The notes: a model not told the origin generated them from the sequence alone. Positions 21,121 to 31,221 are shown, counted from the stretch's first letter. The stretch: 64,000 nt of DNA from an uncultured Candidatus Saccharibacteria bacterium (GCA_964369115.1 CAYJED010000002.1:10193-74192); one strand, 5' to 3'. Translations and numbers: made by a program.

Positions 21121-21285
21121 TTCTTTTCTGTGTCGGTGGCGGGAAATTGGTCACAAAGTCTATTTTTGATTACAAAAATACAAGACTTCGCGACCCCTAT
21201 TCAATTCCCGAAGCGAAAGCCAAGCAGTTGGTTTTCTCCACCGACAAAAAAAACGAAGCTGAAGTGCTTCGTTTTTTCTTTTCTG
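21121..21285 (-). repeat. tRNA-3'-flank structured repeat, copy A (partial direct copy of tRNA-Met 3' end + GGTCACAAAG + covarying helix + core CTTCGCGACCCCTATTCAATTCCCG + terminator)
   Basis: 30-bp direct repeat ttttcttttctgtgtcggtggcggga(a)att at 21121 and 21276; core conserved with other copies; helix AAGTCT/AGACTT. Confidence 0.75.
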
Positions 21286-21359
21286 TGTCGGTGGCGGGAA
21301 TTGAACCTGCGACCTTCTCTTTATGAGTGAGATGCTCTAACCAACTGAGCTACACCGAC
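21286..21359 (-). tRNA. tRNA-Met/Ile2-type (anticodon CAT), elongator-like
   Basis: Manual cloverleaf: GTCGGTG acceptor, D-arm GCTC/GAGC, anticodon loop CTCATAA, T-loop TTCAATT, discriminator A. Confidence 0.8.
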
Positions 21360-21366
21360 AATCTTT

Positions 21367-22092
21367 CTATAATAGCACACTTTTCTTGTTTTGCATATAC
21401 TCTTTCATATAATCGATCATCGCCAAAGTCTTATACTTAATACGTGAACTTTTTGCAACAGAAAGGTGCAAAATTCCTGTATACCTCTCTTCATTTTCAT
21501 ATACTTTTTTTGTATTTGTATAAACTAATACTGTTTTTCGAAATTGTTTCTTTGGTATTTTTATATACGAAGACCAAAATGAATGTACTCTATCTGTCCT
21601 ATGGGCATGTTTTGCATTAATATAAATCTGTAGTTGCAATTCACTTTTTGTAATAGCAAAAACAGTTTGTAACCAATTAATAATAAGCACTATAGAGTCA
21701 GGATCTGAATTAACAAAAGTAAACGTAGGCTTGCTATTCTTTGCACCTTCACCCCAATACAGTCCAATACCAAGCATAAGCAAATCCCTTTTTGATATAT
21801 TATCCATTTGACAAAAAACTTCATTCTTAACATCTGCAATAACTTTCTCCTTCTTTTCTTTATTCATTTTTGCACCCAACATTCTCCCTGCGTTACCAGC
21901 AAGAACCATACGTTTATGCAATTTTTCTTTCACATCTTTACTCAGAATAACGTCACGACACCATATACTTACGGTACTTTTTGATATATGTAATGTATTT
22001 GCAATCTCCGTAATACTGTAACCACCTTTTCTTAAAGCGAGCGATTTTTGTTTTTCTAGAGATTTCGCCATATATAGCAGTATATCAGACAT
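21367..22092 (-). CDS. HTH-domain protein with possible LAGLIDADG-like endonuclease motif
   Basis: N-terminal GYSITEIANTLHISKSTVSIW helix-turn-helix; LGIGLYWGEGAK resembles LAGLIDADG; flanked by two CAU tRNAs. Confidence 0.5.
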   Translation of the reverse strand: MSDILLYMAKSLEKQKSLALRKGGYSITEIANTLHISKSTVSIWCRDVILSKDVKEKLHKRMVLAGNAGRMLGAKMNKEKKEKVIADVKNEVFCQMDNISKRDLLMLGIGLYWGEGAKNSKPTFTFVNSDPDSIVLIINWLQTVFAITKSELQLQIYINAKHAHRTDRVHSFWSSYIKIPKKQFRKTVLVYTNTKKVYENEERYTGILHLSVAKSSRIKYKTLAMIDYMKEYMQNKKSVLL

Positions 22093-22182
22093 TCGTTTTA
22101 CTTGTACGTATTTATATAGTAAATTCGTATCATCTTGTAAAAATACACGTTTTGTGTTATTATTCTAAGGTTAATAAAAGAT

Positions 22183-22253
22183 AGCGGAGTAGAGTAGAGG
22201 TAACTCACGAGGCTCATAACCTCGGGACACTGGTTCGATTCCAGTCTCCGCAA
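22183..22253 (+). tRNA. tRNA-Met (anticodon CAT), possibly initiator (1:72 mismatch)
   Basis: Manual cloverleaf: AGCGGAG/CTCCGCA acceptor with A1:A72 mismatch, anticodon stem CGAGG/CCTCG, loop CTCATAA, T-arm ACTGG-TTCGATT-CCAGT. Confidence 0.7.
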
Positions 22254-22263
22254 CAAGTAAACA

Positions 22264-22296
22264 AAAAGTTCTGATCATGTGATCAGAACTTTTTGT
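22264..22296. terminator. bidirectional terminator
   Basis: aaaaagttctgatca-tg-tgatcagaactttttg perfect palindromic hairpin. Confidence 0.7.
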
Positions 22297-23682
22297 TTAT
22301 CTAATTGCTTTTAAGTCTCTAAATACCGACTCAAAAAGAGTGAAAGCTCTACGCGCTTCTCGCTCAGTAAGTTCAAAGTCAGACCCTTCGTGAGCAATAC
22401 GATTACGAATCTTATGAGCATCCCACGCAAGGTCAATAGTCTTAAAGCTTGCACCTTTTAATTTCTCACCAACACCTTCACCCTGATATCCTTTTTCTGT
22501 AAGCACTTCAAGAAGAAGATTGTCTGCTTCTAAAATACCAATTCTCCAAAGTGCCTCGCTTTGACTACTCATATACCCTTCGATAATTGCAAACTTTGGA
22601 TGATCTTTGAAATCTTGCGCCTGAGGTGGAGCAACTATTCCACCACCCACAGGGAGGCCATGAATTCCTGCAGGAACAGCTCCATGTGCCCCCTGGTGAC
22701 CGTCAGTAATAATATGAGTATCATGTCCACCATGATCGTCATGATGGAAGTGATGCTCATAATGATTAAGCCCAGACAAGAAAATGATAAGCCATCTTGC
22801 TGAAGCATATACAAATGCAATAAGCACTACGATCATTGCAACAGACAAAAGATCAGTAAAGAAAGCAAGTACTGGATTTTGTACAGAAAAGGTAATTCCT
22901 TCTGTTGAAGCATGTATATCAAGAGGAACAATACCTCCAATATTTTCAGGATCAAGTGCATACGTATCCATATTATCCGTAATAGCATCACCGTCTGTAT
23001 CTTTTTTAAGAATATCTGTACCGAGCACCCCTTCTACCTTATCGCTTACACCGTCCCCGTCAGTATCTTTACCTAAAGAGGAAACACTTCCATCGAGAGG
23101 CGCTTCATCACGCCCATCAAGCACCATATCACCATCAGTGTCTGGATTAAGTGGGTTTGTATTTTGAAGTAACTCTTGTCCATCAAAAACTCCATCACTA
23201 TCAGAATCTGGATTTTCTGGATTAAGTCCGTAAGCTTTTTCATAACTATCAGGAACACCGTCTTCGTCACCATCTTTTGGCCCGATTCCAAAAACATCTC
23301 GAACGTGATCAAAAAAACCATACTCAGCTTCATACCGCTCTTTAAGCTCTGCTTTTGATAAATTGTCTTTATCGTACGGACTAGCATCAGTAATATCCGG
23401 AATCCCGTCTCCGTCACTATCGCGAACTTTAACCCCAATGCTTTCTAAAAATTTCTGCCAAAGAGGTGTCTGATCTGGTGCAATAGGTACAACTGCTTCT
23501 TTGTTTTTAAAATATTCATCAAACCACCCTCTGTCCCTAAGTCCATCCCATTCACGATATGAATAGGTTTCCAGGTATGTTTCTGGATCCTGTCGTAAAA
23601 TAGTAAAAAACCATGTGTACTTTATAAAAAGTAACACATCGTATACTCGGTTAAAAATATAATCTATAGAGAACGAGTACAT
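22297..23682 (-). CDS. membrane protein with N-terminal thrombospondin-type-3-like Ca-binding repeats and His-rich segment
   Basis: Repeated DxDGDGxxD motifs (DSDGDGIPD, DTDGDMVLD, DTDGDGVSD, DTDGDAITD), central TM helix, HYEHHFHHDDHGGHDTH segment. Confidence 0.6.
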   Translation of the reverse strand: MYSFSIDYIFNRVYDVLLFIKYTWFFTILRQDPETYLETYSYREWDGLRDRGWFDEYFKNKEAVVPIAPDQTPLWQKFLESIGVKVRDSDGDGIPDITDASPYDKDNLSKAELKERYEAEYGFFDHVRDVFGIGPKDGDEDGVPDSYEKAYGLNPENPDSDSDGVFDGQELLQNTNPLNPDTDGDMVLDGRDEAPLDGSVSSLGKDTDGDGVSDKVEGVLGTDILKKDTDGDAITDNMDTYALDPENIGGIVPLDIHASTEGITFSVQNPVLAFFTDLLSVAMIVVLIAFVYASARWLIIFLSGLNHYEHHFHHDDHGGHDTHIITDGHQGAHGAVPAGIHGLPVGGGIVAPPQAQDFKDHPKFAIIEGYMSSQSEALWRIGILEADNLLLEVLTEKGYQGEGVGEKLKGASFKTIDLAWDAHKIRNRIAHEGSDFELTEREARRAFTLFESVFRDLKAIR

Positions 23683-23767
23683 GAGAAAAAGCTCTTATCT
23701 TATAGCTTTATAGTAGCACGAAGTTTTCATAAAAAAACTTCTTTAATTCACTTAATATATGCTTTCT

Positions 23768-25180
23768 TTAAACAAGCTTTTCAAAGTCTTTCCCAACAGT
23801 AAATAAAATGTCTTCTCGCATATGCGGAGCAACAAATTGTATTCCAAGAGGAAGACCGCTTTCTGTTTTACCTGAAGGAACAGAAAGCGCAGGCACTCCC
23901 ACAATATTAACTGGTACTGTAAAGATGTCAGCCAAGTACATAGCAAGTGGATCAGAAGATTTTTCTCCAATCAAAAATGGTGGGATAGGTGATGTTGGCA
24001 TAACAATTGCATCAACCTCACTAAACACTTTCTTAAACTCATCACGAAGCTGCTCACGTACAATGTTTGCTTTATTGTAATAAGCGTCATAATACCCAGA
24101 AGAGAGTACATATGTCCCAAGAAGGATACGACGTCTCACCTCAGCACCAAAACCAGCAGTTCGTGATTCAAAGTAGCTACGAATACTTGTGTCTCCTGGA
24201 CAAGAAAGCCCAAAGCGAACCCCGTCATAACGAGAAAGGTTACTTGACACTTCAGCAAACATAAGGATATAGTACACAGAAAGAGACTTCTCAAGCTGAT
24301 TAAGTGTAACATCTTTAATTTCATATCCGGCACCCTTAAGAGATTCAATACTTTTATTAAAATTTTCAAGCACCTCTTTATCGATACCATCACGATTAAT
24401 AAATGAATATGGCACCCCAAGTACCTTTTTTAGTGGGGACTTTTTTTCTTCACGAAGAGATGGGCTTAGTGAAGTGCTATCAAGGGGATCATTCCCCGTA
24501 ATAATTCCATACACCACTTCCGCATCTTCTACAGAATTCGCAAACGGACCGATTTGATCAAGAGAGCTTCCCATTGCCATAAGACCATAACGAGAAACAT
24601 CACCATAGCTCGTTTTGAGCCCCACAAGGCCACAAAATGATGCTGGTTGGCGAATAGATCCTCCAGTGTCAGAGCCAAGAGAAACTGGCACAGCACCGTA
24701 TGCAACAACCGCAGCAGATCCTCCAGATGATCCTCCTGCCACACGTGTCGTGTCGATCGGATTTTTTGTCACACCGTATGCTGAGTTTTCGGTAGACCCC
24801 CCCATAGCAAACTCGTCCATATTTGCGCGTGCAATAAGAATTGCCCCAGCGTCTTTAAGTCGCTTTGTAACAGTTGCATCATACGGCGCTTTATAATTCT
24901 CAAGAATCTTGGAAGCCCCTGTTGCGATTTCACCTTCAACTAAAATATTATCTTTAAGCACTATAGGAACTCCAGTGAGGAGAGTTGCTGTACCTTTGGC
25001 GAGCATTTCTTTTGCTTTTGTAATTTGTGAAGTAATAAGAGCATCAGAATACATACCAAGTATGGCATGGACATCTTTATCTTTTACTGCAATTATTGCT
25101 TTAGCTTCTTCAACAAGAGCTTCTACTGTTACAGCACCGCTTACAAGTGACTCATGAATTTTTGAAAGTGAAGACATCAT
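23768..25180 (-). CDS. gatA: Glu/Asp-tRNA amidotransferase subunit A
   Basis: Amidase signature GGSSGGSAAVVA. Confidence 0.9.
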   Translation of the reverse strand: MMSSLSKIHESLVSGAVTVEALVEEAKAIIAVKDKDVHAILGMYSDALITSQITKAKEMLAKGTATLLTGVPIVLKDNILVEGEIATGASKILENYKAPYDATVTKRLKDAGAILIARANMDEFAMGGSTENSAYGVTKNPIDTTRVAGGSSGGSAAVVAYGAVPVSLGSDTGGSIRQPASFCGLVGLKTSYGDVSRYGLMAMGSSLDQIGPFANSVEDAEVVYGIITGNDPLDSTSLSPSLREEKKSPLKKVLGVPYSFINRDGIDKEVLENFNKSIESLKGAGYEIKDVTLNQLEKSLSVYYILMFAEVSSNLSRYDGVRFGLSCPGDTSIRSYFESRTAGFGAEVRRRILLGTYVLSSGYYDAYYNKANIVREQLRDEFKKVFSEVDAIVMPTSPIPPFLIGEKSSDPLAMYLADIFTVPVNIVGVPALSVPSGKTESGLPLGIQFVAPHMREDILFTVGKDFEKLV

Positions 25181-25194
25181 AATAATAAAAAAAA

Positions 25195-25503
25195 TTATTT
25201 AAGCACTTGTAATACTTCAACATAATTACCTTCTACTTTAGGAGCTTCACGAAGGAGTGAGACTGTTTTACTTCCAGGACGAGTAGTGACAACATCTTCT
25301 CGAACAACATTATAAACAGCCTCATTTACTTCAACGGACCTACTTACCGCTTCATTAATTTCTGATACGTACCCCAAAATAGCTTGCATATCTAGAAGCA
25401 TTTTTGCTTTTTCATCGTCACTAATATCAATACGCGCAAGGCGTGAAAGATTCATAAGATCTTCTTCAGTGAATTTCATAGTTCCTATTCTATCACAGAG
25501 CAT
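25195..25503 (-). CDS. gatC: Glu/Asp-tRNA amidotransferase subunit C
   Basis: MKFTEEDLMNLSRLARIDISDDEKAKM matches GatC; start likely internal Met at 25479. Confidence 0.75.
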   Translation of the reverse strand: MLCDRIGTMKFTEEDLMNLSRLARIDISDDEKAKMLLDMQAILGYVSEINEAVSRSVEVNEAVYNVVREDVVTTRPGSKTVSLLREAPKVEGNYVEVLQVLK

Positions 25504-25531
25504 TAAAAGTTACACAAAAGTAAAATCCTCA

Positions 25532-27556
25532 CTATTTCTTTAGGAGATTAAAAAATCCCTGTTCATCCAAAACGTTACTACCAAACTTTTTAGCATCGTC
25601 ACGTTTTCCACCCCCTCCTTCGCCCGCCAAAAGATAGGAGGTATTTTTCGAAACACTTCCCGCAACTTTACCACCATTATCTTCAATAAGCTTTTTTGCC
25701 TCATCGCGCGTTAGTGTTGGAAGTGTCCCCGTAATAACAAACGTAAGACCTTCAAGTAGTACCCCTTGTTTTACTTCATACGTAATACTAAGCTCCTCGA
25801 TAAGATTTTCTACTTCTTTTTTATTTTTACTATCTGCAAAAAAATCAATAATGCTATCTGCTACTTTTTCTCCAACACCATCTATAAGAAGAAGATCTTC
25901 TTTTGTGGTAGACATAAAATCTGCCACATTCGCAAAGTGTCGAGCGATATCTTTTGCAGTCGTCTCACCAACATGACGAATACCGAGGGCAAAAATAAAT
26001 CTTGAAAAAGATACCTCTCGCGAACTTTCTATTGCTGAAATAAGATTATCAGCAGACTTCTCTCCAAACCCTGAAAGAGGTGCAATATCCTCTTTCTTAA
26101 GGTGGTAAATAGAAGTAAAAGTATCAATCAAACCGAGCCCACAAAATTCTTCGATAATACGCTCACCCATACCGTCTATATTCATCCCCTTTTTTGAAAC
26201 AAAATGAATAAGTCCTTCGAGATGTTTCGCTGGACATTCCTTATTATGGCAATACCAGGCAGCAGAAGAACTTTTACCAACATACTCTTTTACAAGCACA
26301 CTTGCACACTCTGGACACATTTTTGGCATAAAAAATGGCACTGAATCTTCTTTACGTAAATCATGAAGCACACCAAAAATCTCAGGTATAACATCCCCAG
26401 CTTTTCTAATAAGAACAGTATCACCAACTCTTACGTCCAGACGAACAATTTCCTCCTCGTTATGAAGAGTTGCACGTTTTACTGTTGAACCTGCAAGTAA
26501 AACAGGATTAAGCTCTGCTACCGGTGTCACAGCTCCAGTTCTACCAACCTGACAGGTAACAGAGAGAAGCTGTGTCGCAACCTCTTCCGCGGGAAGCTTA
26601 TAAGCAATTCCACCTCGAGGAGATTTTGCGGTATATCCGAGAGAATCCCATAACACTCTTTCGTTTATTTTAATAACAATTCCATCTATACCAAACTCTT
26701 CCTTATCTTTTCTGTCTACCCAGCTATTGTAAAACGACTGAATATCTTCAAGCGATTTGCAGATATTTTTTGAGCTGTTTACCAAGAAGCCAAGAGAAGT
26801 AAGTTCTTTAAGTTCATCTTCTTGTGTAGCATAATCACCACCCTCAATGTCATAAGCAAAAAGCTGAAGGTTACGTTTTGCCACAATACGCGCATCAAGC
26901 TGGCGCAGTGTTCCTGCTGCCAAGTTGCGTGTATTTGCATAAAGAGGAAGATTTTCATTTTCTCTTTCTTTATTAATAACCTCAAGGTCACTTTTTTTAA
27001 TCCATGCCTCACCAATCACTGTGATTGAGAGAGGTAAAGGCAAACTAAGTGGTATAGTACGTATTGTTTTTATATTTTCAGTAATATCTTCTCCAACTTC
27101 TCCATCTCCTCGCGTTGTGCCACGAACAAGTTTACCGTTTTCATATGTAAGGATAATTTTAAGTCCGTCAATTTTAAGCTCGGCAACATATGTTGGAAGA
27201 TTATGGTGTCCACTCTTTTTAAGAAGTGTTAGGTTGCGATCCTCCCAAGAGGTAAGTTCTTCAAAATTAAAAACGTTGTCAAAACTCCACTGCTTCACAT
27301 CGTGTTTAACTTTTTTAAAATGTGTAAGCGTGTGTCCTCCAACTCTTTTAGTTGGGGATGTTGCATCTTCGTATTCAGGAAACATCTCCTCAAGCAAAGC
27401 AAGCTCTCTAAGTAAAGAATCGTACGCTTCATCAGAAATTGAAGGCATATCATGCACGTGATACAACACGCGATGATACTCAAGAGACTCTCTAAGCTCG
27501 TAGATACGCTTTTGTGCAGCATTTTTATCCATACTATACAGCATAGCACAAAACAC
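25532..27556 (-). CDS. ligA: NAD-dependent DNA ligase
   Basis: Adenylation KIDG motif (AELKIDGLKI), OB, Zn finger, HhH and C-terminal BRCT regions. Confidence 0.9.
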   Translation of the reverse strand: MFCAMLYSMDKNAAQKRIYELRESLEYHRVLYHVHDMPSISDEAYDSLLRELALLEEMFPEYEDATSPTKRVGGHTLTHFKKVKHDVKQWSFDNVFNFEELTSWEDRNLTLLKKSGHHNLPTYVAELKIDGLKIILTYENGKLVRGTTRGDGEVGEDITENIKTIRTIPLSLPLPLSITVIGEAWIKKSDLEVINKERENENLPLYANTRNLAAGTLRQLDARIVAKRNLQLFAYDIEGGDYATQEDELKELTSLGFLVNSSKNICKSLEDIQSFYNSWVDRKDKEEFGIDGIVIKINERVLWDSLGYTAKSPRGGIAYKLPAEEVATQLLSVTCQVGRTGAVTPVAELNPVLLAGSTVKRATLHNEEEIVRLDVRVGDTVLIRKAGDVIPEIFGVLHDLRKEDSVPFFMPKMCPECASVLVKEYVGKSSSAAWYCHNKECPAKHLEGLIHFVSKKGMNIDGMGERIIEEFCGLGLIDTFTSIYHLKKEDIAPLSGFGEKSADNLISAIESSREVSFSRFIFALGIRHVGETTAKDIARHFANVADFMSTTKEDLLLIDGVGEKVADSIIDFFADSKNKKEVENLIEELSITYEVKQGVLLEGLTFVITGTLPTLTRDEAKKLIEDNGGKVAGSVSKNTSYLLAGEGGGGKRDDAKKFGSNVLDEQGFFNLLKK

Positions 27557-27580
27557 GTAAAAACCCTTATAGAATAAACA

Positions 27581-28222
27581 CTATTCTGAGATTGTTGTAT
27601 TTATAACGGCGCGCTCAATAGCTCCAGTGTCATTACAAGAAGAATACCCTTGAGCGATAATCTGCCTAAATGAAGGTGTTTTATTAACCGTCACTCTTGC
27701 ACATCTAAATTCCCCGCCCCCCATATTCATACGCATTCTATAGGTTACCGTTTTACCCTCTTCATCTCCCGAGAAAGGAGAATGGTATGTATAATTATCG
27801 TCACTTACTTTAAAATCAGATGTAGCTGGATTTTGGTCAAAAATAAGTGACTGAGCACACTTAATTGGATTTGGACCAGCAAGGGAAATTGGGTCAAGTG
27901 GGGGTTCTTGACTAGCACGATCATCATTAACATAATCTATTACAGCTTCAACTGAAGTCATTGCGGGGGTTGTGGTGCTACTTGGAAAAATACCTAAACC
28001 GTCTGCTGATGTATATGTATCATCGATCGCAAGAGCACAAGTAATTGCATCATCAGCTGCATAATAAGCATTTTGACTGTTTCTATACAATTTTGAAAAA
28101 TACATCTGCTTTGAAACTAATGTCATTGCACTTCCTGTAATAAAAAGAACAAGTGTTGACATAAGCATTGTGAAGGGTAGAACAAATCCTTTTTTAATTT
28201 TTTTATTGTGTAAAAAAAACAT
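27581..28222 (-). CDS. pilus-associated protein, PilX/minor-pilin-like (no canonical E5)
   Basis: N-terminal KKGFVLPFTMLMSTLVLFI hydrophobic segment resembling prepilin but lacking conserved Glu; in minor pilin cluster. Confidence 0.4.
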   Translation of the reverse strand: MFFLHNKKIKKGFVLPFTMLMSTLVLFITGSAMTLVSKQMYFSKLYRNSQNAYYAADDAITCALAIDDTYTSADGLGIFPSSTTTPAMTSVEAVIDYVNDDRASQEPPLDPISLAGPNPIKCAQSLIFDQNPATSDFKVSDDNYTYHSPFSGDEEGKTVTYRMRMNMGGGEFRCARVTVNKTPSFRQIIAQGYSSCNDTGAIERAVINTTISE

Positions 28223-28239
28223 AATGTGTCTAATATTAC

Positions 28240-28977
28240 TTATGGTTGTGCATGTATAAATCTACTTACCCTAGAAGTGTATGTGACACCATTTACCCCT
28301 TTATGTTTCACTTCTGAAATTATTTTTATATCGTCATTATATTGACTAAGCATATTACCTATATCATAAGTTGGATTATGTTCAAGGTAAACACTTCGAC
28401 TAAAGGTTTTTTTTGTTGACGGAATTGCGCCATTTGAATGAGCAGACCCTGTACACAAAAATTTTACTGTACCGTCTGGAAAAAGGTACTCGGTCACTGT
28501 ACGACAATTTTCATTGTTAGCAGGTGATCGAGATGGTGTCACGGTAATATCACCAGTCATTTGTTCATAATCAAATGTACATCCCTGTGGAACGTTATTA
28601 CCACCTGCACCTTCATTATCTCTTTCACCGTAACAAGATGGCTGACCATCTCCTGCTGCAAATTTCTCTTTAAATAATCTCCACGAGGTTTGACCATTTG
28701 TTTCTCCGACGTTTGGAGCACAATAAGCATTTTCAGGTTGTTTTTTGCACAATAAATAGATAGAATCATATTGATTTTCTATAAGCTCAATCAACTCTTC
28801 AGCTAAATACGTCGCAATGATTGAATCTTTTGTTTGACGAGAATAGGAAGAAGACTCTGTAATTACTGTAAGAGGTCCAATGATCATAATTACCATTATA
28901 GCAACTGAAGCAAGTGTTTCCAGAAGAGTAAATCCTTTAGTGAGTTGTTTATTTTTCATATATTTAACGATTATCAA
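28240..28977 (-). CDS. type IV minor pilin (prepilin N-terminal motif)
   Basis: KGFTLLETLASVAIMVIMI class III signal. Confidence 0.7.
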   Translation of the reverse strand: MIIVKYMKNKQLTKGFTLLETLASVAIMVIMIIGPLTVITESSSYSRQTKDSIIATYLAEELIELIENQYDSIYLLCKKQPENAYCAPNVGETNGQTSWRLFKEKFAAGDGQPSCYGERDNEGAGGNNVPQGCTFDYEQMTGDITVTPSRSPANNENCRTVTEYLFPDGTVKFLCTGSAHSNGAIPSTKKTFSRSVYLEHNPTYDIGNMLSQYNDDIKIISEVKHKGVNGVTYTSRVSRFIHAQP

Positions 28978-29641
28978 GCGAACGTGAAGAAACAGTTGCC
29001 TGTATATTAAAGGTAATTGGTTTTACTGTTTGTCGTTCAGATTTTGTATACCCTGAAATAAGAATATGTATGAGAGGTTGCCTAAAATCAAATAAACCTA
29101 AATAATCATTAGAGCCATCTGATGTATGTGCACCATCTACATAAAAGAGAAGTTTGGTAATGAAAACATCACTTGATGTCATTTGTAATGTAGTACTAGC
29201 CCCAACAAAAGGATATTCAATCTTAAACAAAACACCGTCTGAAATATAATACGCCACCCTATCTCTATCATCTTTCCACTCAGAACCACGAAAGATAAGA
29301 ACATCCCCTCCATTACCTGCGGCATCTGAACAGTCTTTACGTATAAGAGGTATGGAAGGGAGTGTTGTTGGATCATCTTCTCCGCAATAAAAATTTGCAC
29401 CAAATCGTACGTCGCGTGTTACAGTTTGAATAGATAAATTAATATTATCAAGTATTGATTGAGTTTCTTGTAATCGATTATTAATTGTTTGAGCATTAAA
29501 TAATGACCCTAAACTAAGAGTTGCTATCCCTGAAAAAAGACCAAGCACAACAAGAAGCTCAACAAGTGTAAATCCTTGTCTAAATCTGCTTTTTTTAAAA
29601 AATAATATGTTCATAATTGTTTCATGCTTTACACGTATCAA
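28964..29641 (-). CDS. type IV minor pilin
   Basis: QGFTLVELLVVLGLFSGIA prepilin motif; start probably MNILFF. Confidence 0.7.
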   Translation of the reverse strand: MIRVKHETIMNILFFKKSRFRQGFTLVELLVVLGLFSGIATLSLGSLFNAQTINNRLQETQSILDNINLSIQTVTRDVRFGANFYCGEDDPTTLPSIPLIRKDCSDAAGNGGDVLIFRGSEWKDDRDRVAYYISDGVLFKIEYPFVGASTTLQMTSSDVFITKLLFYVDGAHTSDGSNDYLGLFDFRQPLIHILISGYTKSERQTVKPITFNIQATVSSRSLDNR

Positions 29642-30278
29642 TTTTTTTAACTATCATCCCTGATTTATAAATCAATATTGAACGAACATATCCTTTTACA
29701 GGAGTACGCAACGAATCAAGCTGAACACACGCAATGTCATAGTTGGTTGTTTTCGAATCATTAATATAAATATTTGCATTTTGCCGTGGCCTACTAAATG
29801 AAATGGTGAGTGTTTTTAAATCAGGATCTAATTCATCGTTACATAAAAGTGGGTTAGTGCTTGTTGCTACGCAAAGCACACCAACTCTGTGACGATTAAC
29901 TGTTTTTAATAGCTCATTGTTTTCATCACCTAAACCCTGATCATAAAGACCATTTCCTATACCGATTGGATGAGTTATCGAATTATCAATTTTGTCTCTA
30001 AATTTTATAACTTCTGACGAAGTCGCAAGATCAAAGTAAACACCGGATCCACCAAAATTACCATTAACAGAAACAACGGCACTTCCTTGCAACTGCGCTT
30101 CACGTATTAAAATTTCAGTACGGTAAGCATTATCTGAAAGCGTAAGTCGCATAATTGCTTGTGGCCCACCTGACAAACTAATACCCAGAACAATAGCCAT
30201 AATTGAGATACTTACAAGAAGTTCAACTAAGGTAAACGCTTTAGCTGTTTTTCGTAAGGGAAAATAAGGAACAAGCAT
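29622..30278 (-). CDS. type IV minor pilin
   Basis: KAFTLVELLVSISIMAIVLG prepilin motif. Confidence 0.7.
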   Translation of the reverse strand: MLVPYFPLRKTAKAFTLVELLVSISIMAIVLGISLSGGPQAIMRLTLSDNAYRTEILIREAQLQGSAVVSVNGNFGGSGVYFDLATSSEVIKFRDKIDNSITHPIGIGNGLYDQGLGDENNELLKTVNRHRVGVLCVATSTNPLLCNDELDPDLKTLTISFSRPRQNANIYINDSKTTNYDIACVQLDSLRTPVKGYVRSILIYKSGMIVKKIDTCKA

Positions 30279-30293
30279 ACATACATGGTAGCA

Positions 30294-31073
30294 CTAAGCG
30301 AAAAGAAGGGCGATAGAGAATATATCTGCACCTGTGAACAACACAATAAGGAATGCTACAACAATAAACGGAACAAAAGGAATCGGTGTGCTTGTTTTAA
30401 TTTTTTTTCCAGAAAGAAAATATTTATACATAAGCCCATAAAAAGCGCCAAACCAAACGGAAAGAATGAAAACGGCGAAACCTTGCTGTACACCAAAAAA
30501 AGCTCCAACACCAAAGAAAAGAACAACATCACCAAATCCGACACCTTTTCCTTTTGTAATAAGCCAGATAATCAAAAAAGGCAGAGCAACAAAAAGAGGT
30601 GCAGACAAAGTGACCAGTGAAAAATCTTCTTGCGCTCTCATTAAAAAAACAACAAAGGAAAGTAGCGAAAAAATAGTAATAAATGAAAGTGGTATATATG
30701 AGTGCTTATTGTCGTAAAGAGCCATTGCTCCAAGCACTCCAAATAAAAGAGTATAAAAAACAAGCCAAAAAAAACTTATCATTACAGAAGCGTGCCCAAC
30801 AAGGATCACGTGATAAAGGAAAAAAAAAGAAATTCCAAATAATATTTCAACGATAAGAGATGAAACTCCGTAGTCAGTTTTGCAATATCGACATCTCCCT
30901 TTTAGCCAGATAAAAGAAACTATTGGAATAAGATCAAGAGGACGAAGTGTTTCACCACAAGAAAGACACTTACTTCTACTTTTTGTAATAGGCGCAACAT
31001 GGAGTCTAGAAACAATAACTTGAACAAAACTACCGATCGAAGCACCATAAAGAAAAGAGAGGATTGCTAACAT
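30294..31073 (-). CDS. pilD: prepilin peptidase (A24 family)
   Basis: CLSCGETL...RCRYCKT zinc-binding tetracysteine, polytopic membrane domain. Confidence 0.85.
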   Translation of the reverse strand: MLAILSFLYGASIGSFVQVIVSRLHVAPITKSRSKCLSCGETLRPLDLIPIVSFIWLKGRCRYCKTDYGVSSLIVEILFGISFFFLYHVILVGHASVMISFFWLVFYTLLFGVLGAMALYDNKHSYIPLSFITIFSLLSFVVFLMRAQEDFSLVTLSAPLFVALPFLIIWLITKGKGVGFGDVVLFFGVGAFFGVQQGFAVFILSVWFGAFYGLMYKYFLSGKKIKTSTPIPFVPFIVVAFLIVLFTGADIFSIALLFA

Positions 31074-31221
31074 GGAGTAAAATAAATAATAATAATATAT
31101 TCTTAAGTATATAGTTAAACAATAGAATTTTACACTTCATTATAAACACTTTAACGAAGCAACATTATCTTGGACAATTAATCTTAGACTAAGAGCTAAG
31201 AGAAACAGTACATAAGATTTC

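Noticed and set aside
21121-21285. Interpreting the partial tRNA copies as simple assembly duplications
   Set aside because: The same architecture recurs at four different tRNAs with a shared non-tRNA core and covarying helix. The sequence between repeats differs at each locus, which argues against an assembly artefact.
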